Shown in pieces: positions 20,176-30,307 of a stretch of DNA of 64,000 nt. This DNA is from Alphaproteobacteria bacterium (GTDB lineage: Bacteria > Pseudomonadota > Alphaproteobacteria > SP197). How positions within the stretch are numbered: the first letter of the stretch is position 1; each line of letters begins with the position of its first letter. Location of the stretch: contig OZ245842.1 in NCBI GenBank assembly GCA_965228895.1, forward strand, positions 576,001 through 640,000, read 5' to 3'. Below the pieces are notes generated by a model. The model saw nothing but the letters and a program-made list of their open reading frames with translations. It ran no database searches and had not been told where the DNA came from. Position numbers and translations under genes: made by a program.

Positions 20176-20870
20176 CACGACCGCCCGGCGCCTTCCTGGC
20201 CGCGATTGATCCAACGTTCGAACCGCTCGGCGGCGAACATCGTCGCTGAACTGAAGATGATGTAAGCGAAACCGACGAAGAGATAGAAGACAAACGGTTG
20301 TTTGGTGACGGCGGCCGCCACGTCCGCGACACGGACGAGATCGGCAAGCCCGACCATCGACACAAGCGCCGTGTCTTTCAGAACCACCATCCAGATGTTG
20401 ATCAGGCCGGGCAAGGCGAGCCTGAGCGCCTGCGGCAGGATGACGAGCGCCCACATTTGCATGCGGTGCAAGCCGATCGATCGCGCGGCATCAAACTGGC
20501 CTGCGTCTATGTTCCGGATCGCTCCTCTGAAGACCTCCCCGACATAGACCGCGTAAACGATCGCCAGCCCGGCAATGCCGGCAACGAAGGGCGATATCTC
20601 GAAGTCGATACCGAGCACGTCGCTGATGAACAGGGGCGCATTATAGTAAATGAAGAACACGACAAGAATGGATGGCACACCCATCATTGCCGAGGCACTA
20701 ACGCGCCATGCCCCTTTGACGACAACGTTCTTGGAAAGCGCGGCAAACCCGAGAAACAAACCAACGAACAAGCTTAAGGCAAAGCTGTAGATGGCAAGCT
20801 GAACGGTGATGGAGGCGCCAGCTAGAAGTTCATCACCATAGCCAAGATCGTCAAAACTCAGCGCCTCCAT
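20175..20870 (-). CDS. polar amino acid ABC transporter permease (HisQ-like)
   Basis: GEVFRGAI..GQFDAARSIG, LPQALR, LKDTALVS. Confidence 0.9.
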   Translation of the reverse strand: MEALSFDDLGYGDELLAGASITVQLAIYSFALSLFVGLFLGFAALSKNVVVKGAWRVSASAMMGVPSILVVFFIYYNAPLFISDVLGIDFEISPFVAGIAGLAIVYAVYVGEVFRGAIRNIDAGQFDAARSIGLHRMQMWALVILPQALRLALPGLINIWMVVLKDTALVSMVGLADLVRVADVAAAVTKQPFVFYLFVGFAYIIFSSATMFAAERFERWINRGQEGAGRS

Positions 20871-20909
20871 CACCTAACCATCACGGCAATCCGTTTTGTG
20901 GCGTGCCGC

Positions 20910-21704
20910 TTAGAGGCACTTGGCCTCTTCTTCCAGCAATTGCACGCCGGGAAGATACTTCATGCGGATTTCGGTATAGGTGCAGTCGTCAATGATCGAT
21001 TGCAGCGCCGCATTCACCTTCTCGACGAGCTCCATGTCGCCTTTCTGCACGGCCCAGCTCATACCCTCTTTCTCGCCGGACGCCCAAAAGTCTTGTTCGC
21101 TCAGCATCCAATCCGCGCCGTCGGGCGTGTCGATCAGCAGCGTGTTCCAATTGATCTTGTGGCCGAACGCCGCGTCGATGCGGCCCGCCTTCAGGTCCAG
21201 CACCATCTGGTCGTTGTTTTCGAAGTAGACCGGCGTGGCATCAGGCAGGTTTTCCTCGACATACTTGGCATGCGCGGAGCCTTTGTAGACGCCGATCTTC
21301 ATGCCATCCATGGCCGCATTGTCGTAGCCTGCGCTCCAATCGGCCGGCACAACAAAACCCTCAGGGCTGAACATCATGGGGATCGTAAACTCGGTTGCTT
21401 CGAGCCGTTCGGGTAGCGGCGTCAACTGCGACACGATCATGTCGATCTTGCCGGTGGTGAGCGACGGCAGCAAGCCGTCAAAGTCCATCGCGACCAGCTC
21501 GCAGTTGGCGTCCATTCGTTTGCATACTTCGCGCGCCAAGTCGGGCTCGATGCCCGAAAGACTGCCGTCCGTCCCCATAATGCTGAACGGCGGATAGGTT
21601 CCTTCGTTGCCGAGCTTGAGCTCTTCCGCTCCGGCGGACTGCCCTGCAAGCAAACCAAAAATGCCAGCGGCGAGAACAATCTTCGACGCCTCTCTTAGAT
21701 TCAT
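20910..21704 (-). CDS. polar amino acid ABC substrate-binding protein
   Basis: Signal peptide, GTYPPFS, FDGLLPSL..GKID, DLKAGRID. No ATPase gene adjacent. Confidence 0.92.
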   Translation of the reverse strand: MNLREASKIVLAAGIFGLLAGQSAGAEELKLGNEGTYPPFSIMGTDGSLSGIEPDLAREVCKRMDANCELVAMDFDGLLPSLTTGKIDMIVSQLTPLPERLEATEFTIPMMFSPEGFVVPADWSAGYDNAAMDGMKIGVYKGSAHAKYVEENLPDATPVYFENNDQMVLDLKAGRIDAAFGHKINWNTLLIDTPDGADWMLSEQDFWASGEKEGMSWAVQKGDMELVEKVNAALQSIIDDCTYTEIRMKYLPGVQLLEEEAKCL

Positions 21705-22033
21705 CGTTGCCTCCTGTTGTTGCCGGAGACCGTTAGGTGGGTATCCCCAGCGTTATGACCTGCCCGTCACGCAGCCCAAGCAAGTCCGGTATGTTCGATC
21801 AACGCAGAAAGCCCGGATACCCGTTGGTCGGGCTCCCCGCACCAAACACCCATCATCCTTTCCAGGCATGAACATTGATGAAATGACGGTTTCTGCACAT
21901 TAACATTGAAACTCTTTAAACTTACTATCATGGCGTGTATTTTCCGTGGCCGCGCATCAGTTTCGGTGTGGTTCGGGTGCGAGCGTCTTCTCGCCTGTCC
22001 GTGAGAACATCTCTTCGTCGCGCATCAGCCGTC

Positions 22034-23182
22034 TTAACGACGGTGCAGCGACATCACGATGCCAAACGCCAGCAGTACCAAGCCCGCGGTAAGCGGGCCG
22101 GCGGTGAGACCAAAGAAGTTCATCGCTGCCCCAGCCGCCGTTGATCCCGCCGCGCTACCGACGGCATAGGCCAATGTGAAGACTGCCGTGCCGGCCAGAA
22201 GCAAACCGCCCGTGTACCGTTCGCCGAGCATGGTCATGGCGCAGGTATGGAGCGCAAAACACGCAGCCCCCATCACGGCAAAGACGGCTAGTATCATGAC
22301 CTCGGATGTCAGGAGCGGAATGGACATGAAGCTGACGGCGGCGATGAAGCTCGAGGCTATGGCGACATGGGGACGCGCCATTTTGTCGAGCAGCACGCCG
22401 ACCAAGGGCTGGGCAAATGCCGTCGGCAGCGCCATGGCTGTGACGCTGATGGCGGCGAAGGCTTCGGAGTGGCCGGTCCTGACAAAATAGATCGGCATGA
22501 TCGAAATCGCCGCAATGTCGGCAAAGCCGAACACCAGAACCATCAGGACAAGAATGGGCGAGGCGCGGACGAACCGAAGAAGGGCACCTGCCGGTGACGG
22601 CTCAGGCCGGGTTCGTGCCTTGCGGCTGAGGACAACAACGGCAAAGGCGACAAGAGCGAGGTAAACGGCGAGCAGGGCGAAGGCAAAACCGTTCTCGGTG
22701 CCGAATGCAGGAATTGCGAGTGGTCCGGCCGCGAACCCCGCACAAAGCCCACCGCCATAAAGTCCGGACACACGTCCTCTCAGACGATCTGGGCAGGCGG
22801 TGTTGAGCCATGCGCCACCCAGCATGAAAATCAGGCTGGCAAAGAAACCGAGCAGAAAGCGCGCGACAAACCAGACCCACAGGATGTCGAACAGGGCAAA
22901 CGCCGCGAGGCACATCGCACAGCCAATCAGGCCGGTGATAATCAGACCTTTTCCGGCGATGTGGGCCGTTAGCCGACCAACCGACAGCGTGGCTACCGCC
23001 AGACCGATCGCAAACACGCTCGCATTCAAACCGATAAGGCCTTCGGAGATCCCCCGGCCATTGAGAACCAGCGAAATGAGCGGATAGGTCAGACCCTGGG
23101 ACAGGGCAAACGCGGTCACGCCCAGGACAACCGCCATTATGGCGGCCCAATCGGGGACGAAGTCTTCAAGTGCCTGCGACAT
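22034..23182 (-). CDS. MFS transporter (YcaD-like)
   Basis: About 12 hydrophobic segments, ARFLLG, WLN...DRLRGR; start MSQALED. Confidence 0.85.
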   Translation of the reverse strand: MSQALEDFVPDWAAIMAVVLGVTAFALSQGLTYPLISLVLNGRGISEGLIGLNASVFAIGLAVATLSVGRLTAHIAGKGLIITGLIGCAMCLAAFALFDILWVWFVARFLLGFFASLIFMLGGAWLNTACPDRLRGRVSGLYGGGLCAGFAAGPLAIPAFGTENGFAFALLAVYLALVAFAVVVLSRKARTRPEPSPAGALLRFVRASPILVLMVLVFGFADIAAISIMPIYFVRTGHSEAFAAISVTAMALPTAFAQPLVGVLLDKMARPHVAIASSFIAAVSFMSIPLLTSEVMILAVFAVMGAACFALHTCAMTMLGERYTGGLLLAGTAVFTLAYAVGSAAGSTAAGAAMNFFGLTAGPLTAGLVLLAFGIVMSLHRR

Positions 23183-23229
23183 CGCAACGCCTGACGGCCC
23201 ATAGGCCGGGCAAAACGGTAAACTAGGAT

Positions 23230-23259
23230 TTGACACAGCGAATTGTATATCGATACGAT
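23230..23259 (+). promoter_or_regulatory. sigma70-type promoter overlapped by ATCG-N5-CGAT-type operator
   Basis: TTGACA-N18-TACGAT upstream of the binding-protein gene; ATTG-TATAT-CGAT at 23242-23254. Confidence 0.55.
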
Positions 23260-23382
23260 GGTGCATTATTAAGGCGATTTTGTCAGTCCTAATCGCCTTG
23301 CCGCGATCGTCGTTGCGCTTAGAAAGCCGGGCGATGGGGCACATGCCGAAGCAACGGGCGAGGCAAAGCCAGGGAGACTTCA

Positions 23383-24522
23383 ATGGAAATCAATGAGTTC
23401 AGGGATCTTCTGTTCAGCGGAAAGATCACGCGGCGCGAGGCCAAGCGGCTGATGGCATCGTTCGGCGTCATGTCGGCGGCGGTGCCTATGATGGGGCGGC
23501 ATGCGCTTGCCGATACGGATCAGCCGGTGCTGTTCACGTGGTCGGGCTACGACAGCCCGGAGTTTTCGGCGCAATACGTCGCCCAGAACGGTGCGCCGCC
23601 GAACTACTCCTTCTTCAGCAATCAGGAAGAAGCCTTCAACAAAATGCGCGGCGGCTATTCGCCTGATGTGATGTTCCCCTGCATCGAGTCGATGCAGCTT
23701 TGGTACGACGCCGGCTTGCTGGCGCCGATCGACACCTCGATGTTGTCACACTGGCCCGATGTCTTGGATGTCTTCAAGAACATCCCCGGCGGCAAGATGG
23801 GTGGCGACCAGGTGTTTGCCGCCGACGACTGGGGCCAGACCTCGATCGTCGTGCGCACCGATTTAGCGCCTGAATACCTGGACCCGGAAATGCAGAGCTG
23901 GGAAGCGCTGATGGACGAGAACTACAAGGGCCGCATGTCGGTTGTTGATAGCTCGTCCGACATGGCGTCGATCGCCGGTGTTGCGTTGGGTATCGACGCG
24001 TTCAACATGGACGACGCCCAAATCGCTGAAGTTCGGCAATGGCTGGCGACGCAGATGCCGAACAACCGCATTGTCTCCCATTCGATGACCGAGGTGGCAC
24101 AGTCCATGGCGTCGGGCGAGGTGATCATGGGTGTCGCCTGGAACTCAGTCTTGTCGCAGCTTGCCAGCGCGGCGGAAGGTACCGATGCTGAATGGACCTG
24201 GATGGTGCCGAAAGAAGGCGCGATCACATGGTGTTGCGGCCTGACGATCCATCCGGCGTCAATGGAGCGCGGTCTTTATGAGAAAGCGCATCAAGTCATC
24301 GATTCCTTCCTGTCGCCGGAATCCGGTCGCTTCGAGATCACCGAATGGCTGACCGGGCATTCCAATGCCAAGTCGTATGAAGGCATCGATCAGGCATGGT
24401 TGCTGTCGGTCGGCTTGTCGAACGATGTCGATACGTTCCTGGCCAACACGCATTTCTCGCAGCCGATGGCAAACTCCGACAAGATCGCCGTCATGTGGGA
24501 AGAGGTCCAGGCCGGCATTTAG
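23383..24522 (+). CDS. PotD/PotF-like extracellular solute-binding protein
   Basis: ITRR..ALA Tat-like leader, FTWSGYD, WGQTS, SWEAL, PKEG..W. Confidence 0.88.
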   Translation: MEINEFRDLLFSGKITRREAKRLMASFGVMSAAVPMMGRHALADTDQPVLFTWSGYDSPEFSAQYVAQNGAPPNYSFFSNQEEAFNKMRGGYSPDVMFPCIESMQLWYDAGLLAPIDTSMLSHWPDVLDVFKNIPGGKMGGDQVFAADDWGQTSIVVRTDLAPEYLDPEMQSWEALMDENYKGRMSVVDSSSDMASIAGVALGIDAFNMDDAQIAEVRQWLATQMPNNRIVSHSMTEVAQSMASGEVIMGVAWNSVLSQLASAAEGTDAEWTWMVPKEGAITWCCGLTIHPASMERGLYEKAHQVIDSFLSPESGRFEITEWLTGHSNAKSYEGIDQAWLLSVGLSNDVDTFLANTHFSQPMANSDKIAVMWEEVQAGI

Positions 24523-24545
24523 CATCTCCCTGCCAGATGGCCTGC

Positions 24546-24581
24546 AAGCGGGTGGTGGTTCTAACGAGCCGCCACCCGTTT
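24546..24581 (+). terminator. stem-loop after the binding-protein gene (partial terminator or mRNA stabiliser)
   Basis: AAGCGGGTGGTGGTTC-TAAC-GAGCCGCCACCCGTTT, 16-bp stem with G-U pairs. Confidence 0.6.
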
Positions 24582-24603
24582 CAAGTTCAAGCGGATACCG
24601 ACC

Positions 24604-26625
24604 ATGAAAACCGTCGATACCTTTCCCTTTGAGATCCGCGAGGTCGAGAACCTCTGGATCACGCTTGGCGACGGCTGCCGGCTGGCGGCCCGGGCCTGGT
24701 TGCCCGTCGATGCCGAACAGAATCCGGTGCCTGCCGTCCTTGAGTATCTGCCCTATGCCAAGCGCCACAAAACGCAGACGCGTGACGAGCACGCGCATCG
24801 ATACATGGCCGGGCATGGCTATGCCTGTCTCAGAGTCGACGTGCGTGGCACCGGTGAGTCTGATGGGGTGATCACCGACGAATACACCCAGCAGGAGATC
24901 GACGACGGCGTCGAGGTGATTGACTGGATGTCGCGCCAGGACTGGTGCGACGGATCGGTCGGCATGATGGGCAACTCATGGGGCGGTTACAATTCACTCC
25001 AGGTTGCCGCCAGCCATCCGCCGGCGTTGAAGGCGATCGTTGCCAGCGGCTGTTCCGATGACCGCTATGCCGACTGCATGCACTATCGGGGCGGCTGCCA
25101 GCTGACCGAACACCACGGCTGGTCGGCGACCATGCTGTCGTTTTTCTCGGTACCGCCCGATCCCGCACTGCTGGGCGACAATGCCGCCGCAACGTGGCGC
25201 GATAGTTGGATCGAGCGCCTGGAGACCCACGCGTTTACCTTGCCCGCGTGGCTGCAACATCAGCGCCGCGATGCCATGTGGTCCCATGGTTCGATCTGTG
25301 ATGCCGAACGGCCGATCGCCGTGCCGGCCTTGATCGCCGGCGGCTGGGGCGATGTTTATTCGACGCCCGTGCCGCGCATCATGAACCAGGTGCCGCAGAC
25401 GTCGCGCGCCATCATCGGCCCATGGCTTCACGGTTATCCCTATGACGCCATGCCGGGTCCCCAGATCGGATATCTGCAGGAATGCGTGCGTTGGTGGGAC
25501 CACTGGCTCAAGGGCCATAAGACCAATATCCTGGACGAGCCGCGTTTTCGGGTCTGGGTCTATGAGTCCGAACCGCCGCGTGCCTGGTACGAAAAGCGCG
25601 AGGGGTCGTGGATCGGCGCGGCAAGCTGGCCGCCCGAGACGGTGGAGCCGCGACAACTCGTGTTGAACCGCGGCGGTCTGGACGATAACGCCAAAACCGA
25701 GCGAGCTCTGACAATCTCCTCGCCCTTGACGACGGGAACGGCAGCCAGCGAGATCTGCCCGATGGGATGGGGGCCTGAGTCGCCGGGCGATCAGCGGCTC
25801 GATGACGGCGGCTCGCTGTTGTTCGATACCGAACCCCTCGACGAACGGCTTGAGCTCGCCGGTGCCCCGGCGGTCGAGTTGGAGTTTGCCTGCGATCGCG
25901 CGGTGGGACAGGTCGCGGTGCGTCTGTGTGATGTCGCGCCGGACGGCGCGTCGGTGCGCGTGACGTATGGCTTGTTGAACCTGACTCATCGCGACAGCCA
26001 TGCCGCGCCTGAACCGGTAGAGCCTGGTCAGCGTTACCGGGTCCGGGTTGTCCTCGACGACATCGCTTACGCGGTGCCGCCTGGAAACCGTCTGCGTGTC
26101 GCCATCTCGACCTCCTATTGGCCGCTGGTTTGGCCGGCGCCGGACAAACCGACGTTGACGCTCTATGCCGGTTCAAGCTCGCTTGAGCTGCCGGTGATGG
26201 CGCAGCGTCCGGCCGCCAAGGTCGCCTTCGCTGAACCCGAAGTGGCGACGTCGTTTGAACAAGAGATTGTGGAACCCGAAAACCACCGCCGCATCGTCGA
26301 ACGCGATCTGGAGAGCGGCGTGGTTATGGCTGTTACTGTCGAGGACCATGGCCGTCGCCGCGACGCCAACCACGGTATGGTGAAGGGCGGGCGCACCGTG
26401 CGCACCTACCGCATCCATCCCGACGACCCTGAGTCCGCCGCGGTCGAGGCGCGCCGCACCGTCACCATGGCGCGCGACGATTGGCGGGTCCGCACGGAAA
26501 TCGTGACATCGCAGCGATGCGACCGCGAGCACTTTCATGTCGAAGGACGCCTTGAAGCCTTTGACGGTGATAAGTGCGTCTTTTCGCGCGAATGGCGTGA
26601 CAGCGTGCCGCGCGACCTCGTGTAG
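24604..26625 (+). CDS. CocE/NonD family serine hydrolase (peptidase S15)
   Basis: EYLPY, DVRGTGESDG, GNSWGG nucleophile, GGWGD, IGPWLH. Confidence 0.93.
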   Translation: MKTVDTFPFEIREVENLWITLGDGCRLAARAWLPVDAEQNPVPAVLEYLPYAKRHKTQTRDEHAHRYMAGHGYACLRVDVRGTGESDGVITDEYTQQEIDDGVEVIDWMSRQDWCDGSVGMMGNSWGGYNSLQVAASHPPALKAIVASGCSDDRYADCMHYRGGCQLTEHHGWSATMLSFFSVPPDPALLGDNAAATWRDSWIERLETHAFTLPAWLQHQRRDAMWSHGSICDAERPIAVPALIAGGWGDVYSTPVPRIMNQVPQTSRAIIGPWLHGYPYDAMPGPQIGYLQECVRWWDHWLKGHKTNILDEPRFRVWVYESEPPRAWYEKREGSWIGAASWPPETVEPRQLVLNRGGLDDNAKTERALTISSPLTTGTAASEICPMGWGPESPGDQRLDDGGSLLFDTEPLDERLELAGAPAVELEFACDRAVGQVAVRLCDVAPDGASVRVTYGLLNLTHRDSHAAPEPVEPGQRYRVRVVLDDIAYAVPPGNRLRVAISTSYWPLVWPAPDKPTLTLYAGSSSLELPVMAQRPAAKVAFAEPEVATSFEQEIVEPENHRRIVERDLESGVVMAVTVEDHGRRRDANHGMVKGGRTVRTYRIHPDDPESAAVEARRTVTMARDDWRVRTEIVTSQRCDREHFHVEGRLEAFDGDKCVFSREWRDSVPRDLV

Positions 26626-26628
26626 ACG

Positions 26629-28614
26629 TTACAACGCCAAACCCAGTTTGCGTCCTTCGTAGAAGGCGACATAGGCGGTACGCGCGGCGACACAATCGCC
26701 CAGGCGGTGGATGGAGATCTGTTCTGTTCGCAAGGCGCCCGACAGGTCGTCGAACGGCTCGTTGGTTGTGGCGAGCACCAGCGAGTCCGCCGCCACGAAC
26801 GACTGTTCTCCCGACAGAAAGTCCAGCACCGTCGCGCCATCGCCGCGCCAGTCCAGCAAACCGCATTCGGTGAAGAATTCGACACCCAGACGGCGCAGGG
26901 TGACGCGCAGGCGGTAGTCGACATTGGTGCGGGCGATATCGGCGCCGACTTTCGAATGCTGCGTTACCAGGATCACCTTGTGACCGCGCTTAGCCAAATG
27001 CCAGGCGGTCCCGCCGCCGCGCCAGTTGCCGTCTTCATCCAACAGAACGACGCGATCGCCAAGGCGGGCGGCGCGCGCCATCACGTCCTCGACGGAGAAG
27101 ACATTGGCCTGGTCGGCACCGGGCAAAATATCTTGGCCGGGAAGCGCGCGCTGGAAGCCCGTGCCTGACGGCAGCGAGCCGGTCGCGACGACGATGTCGT
27201 CATGGTCGTCTGGTGAGACATCCGTCGCGTCCACGTAGGTGTTCAAACGCACCTCGACCTGGAGTTTGGCAAGCTGGGTTTCGTACCACGCGATGTGGTC
27301 GAGGATCTGTTCGCGACGCGGCTGCTGGCCGGCCAGCCGGTACTGACCGCCGAGATCGGGTGCCGCCTCCGCTAGCGTGACGCGATGACCGCGCTCCGCA
27401 GCGACCCGCGCCGTCTCCATGCCGGCCGGTCCACCGCCGACCACCAGGATCCGTTTGGGTTGGGGCGATGGCGTAAACCGGTCGCCGCCGAGCTCGAACT
27501 CGCGCCCGGCCGACGGGTTGATCAGGCACGAGACCCAGTAATCGCGCGACCGCCGGCCGTTGCACATCTGGTTGCACGAAATGCAGGGCCGGATGTCTTC
27601 CGGTCTGCCGTCGCGCGCCTTGTTGCCGAGATGCGGGTCGGCGATCTGGCCGCGCACGATCGACACCATGTCGGCCTGGCCCGATGCGATGACGTAGTCG
27701 GCGTTCTCCGGCGTGCGGATATGGGCTTCGGCCTGCATGCGCGCATGATGTAGAACCTTCTTGAGTTCCTCCGCATAGGGGGCGCCGAGTTTGTCGGGCC
27801 AGACGAAGGTCGGGATGATGGTGCCGGAGCTGAAATAGCTGCCGAAACCGCAGGTGACGTAGTCCATCAACTGGCGCTCGTCATGCCAGGCGATGACCTC
27901 TGCGAGCGCTTCGACCGACAGCGCGACATCGGCCTCGTCTTCAATGCTGACGGCCACGCCGATGATGAAGTCGTCGCCACAGGCATCGCGGATGCGCCGC
28001 ATGATTTCCGACGAGAACCGCACGCGGTTTTCCAGGGAGCCGCCCCAGCGGTCGTCGCGCCGATTGTTGAACGGCGTCCAGAACTGGTCGATCAGCGCGT
28101 TATAGGCGGCAAACAGCTCGATGCCGTCGAAACCGCAGCGCTTGCATCGTTGGGCGGCCTGCACGAAGCCGTCGATCAGGTTCTCAATCTCCAACTCCGA
28201 CAGGGCATGGCTTCCCATGGCGTCGTGGAAGGACGGCAAGCCGGACGGCGAGGGATAGGCGCTGAACGAGTTGTCCCAATCGCCGTGCTGGCCGACGTGA
28301 TAGAGCTGCTGGATCATGACGACGTCATGGTCGTGGCAGGCATTGGTGATCCGCCGGAAGTGGGGGATGACGTCATCGGTCGTGTGGCGGAAGTTGCCGC
28401 GCGTCAGGACGGCGGAGGCGTGAACCGGCATCGGTTCGACAACGATCATCGCGGCACCGCCCATGGCGCGCTCCAGGTAGTAACCGTGATGGCGGTCAAG
28501 CGGCAGCCCGTCGACCGACATGTTGGCGGTGTGCGCACCGAAGACGAGCCTGCTCTTCAGCGTCTTGTGGCGCAGGTCGAGCGGCGAAAAGAGATGAGAA
28601 AAGGTCTGGGTCAC
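26629..28614 (-). CDS. NADH:flavin oxidoreductase, TMADH/DgcA/StcD-like (FMN barrel + 4Fe-4S + FAD domain)
   Basis: GTG start; RRDDRWGGSLENR, CISCNQMC..C, GGGPAG. Confidence 0.9.
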   Translation of the reverse strand: MTQTFSHLFSPLDLRHKTLKSRLVFGAHTANMSVDGLPLDRHHGYYLERAMGGAAMIVVEPMPVHASAVLTRGNFRHTTDDVIPHFRRITNACHDHDVVMIQQLYHVGQHGDWDNSFSAYPSPSGLPSFHDAMGSHALSELEIENLIDGFVQAAQRCKRCGFDGIELFAAYNALIDQFWTPFNNRRDDRWGGSLENRVRFSSEIMRRIRDACGDDFIIGVAVSIEDEADVALSVEALAEVIAWHDERQLMDYVTCGFGSYFSSGTIIPTFVWPDKLGAPYAEELKKVLHHARMQAEAHIRTPENADYVIASGQADMVSIVRGQIADPHLGNKARDGRPEDIRPCISCNQMCNGRRSRDYWVSCLINPSAGREFELGGDRFTPSPQPKRILVVGGGPAGMETARVAAERGHRVTLAEAAPDLGGQYRLAGQQPRREQILDHIAWYETQLAKLQVEVRLNTYVDATDVSPDDHDDIVVATGSLPSGTGFQRALPGQDILPGADQANVFSVEDVMARAARLGDRVVLLDEDGNWRGGGTAWHLAKRGHKVILVTQHSKVGADIARTNVDYRLRVTLRRLGVEFFTECGLLDWRGDGATVLDFLSGEQSFVAADSLVLATTNEPFDDLSGALRTEQISIHRLGDCVAARTAYVAFYEGRKLGLAL

Positions 28615-28643
28615 GGGGTGTCTGTCCCGTCAAAGCGCATGTG

Positions 28644-30194
28644 TCAGTCGATCGGCGCGCCGCCTTCCTCGGTCCGGCGCGCGACAAAAGCGTCGAGCGC
28701 TTCCTGTCGGTCCGGTGCGAGGGCGGGTTGCTGGTATTCGTTGAGGGCGCGTTTGTAGAGCGCGTGGGCGCGTTGGGTCGCATCGAGCGATCCCTCCTCG
28801 GCCCACTGACCATAGTTCTTGGTGTTTGAAATCAATGGCAGATAGAACGCGCTCTCGTAAGACGCAATCGTGTGGTCCGTGCCGAAATAGTGACCACCGT
28901 GGCCGACGCTAACGATTTCATCGAAGGCGAGGGTTGCCTCGCTGACTTCGACGGGTTGTAGATAACTTGCCATCATCTGCAGGATCTCAACGTCCAGCAC
29001 GAACTTGTCGAAGGACGAACACAGACCGCCTTCAAGCCATCCGGCCGCGTGCATGATGACGTTGGCGCCGGCCAAGACGCCCGCCCAGAGTTGCGCTTGT
29101 GACTCATAGGCCGCCTGGGCGTCGACCGCGTTGGAGCTGGTGAAGTTGGAGGCGCGGTAGGGCAGGCCGTAGCGGCGCGCCAGTTGGGCGCCGATCTGCA
29201 ACGACTGGTTGGCTTCCGCCGAACCGAATGCCGGCGCGCCGGTCTTCATGTCGACATTCAGTGTCTTGGCGGCGGTGACCACCGGTGCTCCTGGCCGGGC
29301 AAGCTGGGTCAGGACGAGGCCGGCCAGCATTTCCGCGTTCGATAGCGAGACCGCACCGGCGAGCGACACCGGCATGGTGGCGCCGGCAAGCGAGAAGGGC
29401 GTGATCAAGGGCGTCTGGTTGTAGCGCGCCAGCTCGATCAGACCGGCCGCCATCGGCGCGTCGTATTGCAGGGGCGAGTTGGTGTTGATGATCGCGTAGG
29501 TCGATGGGCTTTCGATAAGGTCGTCACGGGTGATGCCGCGCGAAATCGCGATCATGTCGAGCACGTCGTGAATGCGCTGCGGGCTGTGACAAAAGACGTA
29601 AGGTACCTTGTCGGAGAGCTCGAGCATGACCTGAGTCGAGACGAGGTGGCGGGTCTCGACCGGCACGTCCATGGGTTCGACCGGCGAGCCGGCGATCATG
29701 TGGATGATGTTGAAGAACTGGCCAAGCCTGACGAAGTCGGCGAAGTCGGCGATCGTGCCCGGCCGGCGGCCGCGCTCGATGTCATGACAGTTTGGCGGGC
29801 CGAGCACGGTGGCGAAGGCAAGCTTCTCGGTGTCAATGTCGACGGCGTGGTCGGCGTTGCGCGGCGTTAGCCTGGAGGCGCGTGCGACAGTCGACAGCGC
29901 CTGCTCCACGATGTCGCGGCCAATGCGCACGTTATGGCCGTCGTCGCCGATGATGGCGCCGGCCTCGGTGAACATGTCGACGGCGGCCGGCAGATGAAAG
30001 GCAACGCCGATCTCCTCGAGGATGCGCAGCGAGTTGTCGTGGATCGCCTCGATGGCATCGGCGGAGAGCAGCTCAAGCCGGGCATGGGGGTTGACCGGTT
30101 GGCCCCATGGCAACTGTTCGATCTGCTTACCGCGTTTACGACCCGAGCGACGGCCGGTACGCGGGGAAGAGGTGGCCGCTTTGACATCGTTCAT
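28644..30194 (-). CDS. trimethylamine methyltransferase (MttB) family, non-pyrrolysine
   Basis: IH..SLRILEEIG, NTNSPLQYD, TPFSLAGATMP, DAQAAYES, HAAGWLEGGL; no in-frame TAG. Confidence 0.93.
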   Translation of the reverse strand: MNDVKAATSSPRTGRRSGRKRGKQIEQLPWGQPVNPHARLELLSADAIEAIHDNSLRILEEIGVAFHLPAAVDMFTEAGAIIGDDGHNVRIGRDIVEQALSTVARASRLTPRNADHAVDIDTEKLAFATVLGPPNCHDIERGRRPGTIADFADFVRLGQFFNIIHMIAGSPVEPMDVPVETRHLVSTQVMLELSDKVPYVFCHSPQRIHDVLDMIAISRGITRDDLIESPSTYAIINTNSPLQYDAPMAAGLIELARYNQTPLITPFSLAGATMPVSLAGAVSLSNAEMLAGLVLTQLARPGAPVVTAAKTLNVDMKTGAPAFGSAEANQSLQIGAQLARRYGLPYRASNFTSSNAVDAQAAYESQAQLWAGVLAGANVIMHAAGWLEGGLCSSFDKFVLDVEILQMMASYLQPVEVSEATLAFDEIVSVGHGGHYFGTDHTIASYESAFYLPLISNTKNYGQWAEEGSLDATQRAHALYKRALNEYQQPALAPDRQEALDAFVARRTEEGGAPID

Positions 30195-30214
30195 GGCGCC
30201 GTTCCGTCAGATAA

Positions 30215-30239
30215 ATCGAATAACGATACGACGTATCGT
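30215..30239. promoter_or_regulatory. putative IclR operator
   Basis: ATCG-AATAA-CGAT overlapping the inverted repeat ACGATACG-A-CGTATCGT, just upstream of the mttB-like gene. Confidence 0.55.
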
Positions 30240-30307
30240 ATTGTGTTATTGCTATCACAGACGTTCGTCCACGTGCAACGCCGATCTGATCGACTGGCGG
30301 CCGGGAT

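Noticed and set aside
23320-23380. c-di-GMP-I riboswitch-like GCAAAGCC
   Set aside because: No upstream GGCAAAC/GNRA stem; the match overlaps the RBS region
28644-30194. Pyrrolysine recoding in MttB
   Set aside because: Continuous 516-aa ORF with no in-frame TAG; no pyl genes
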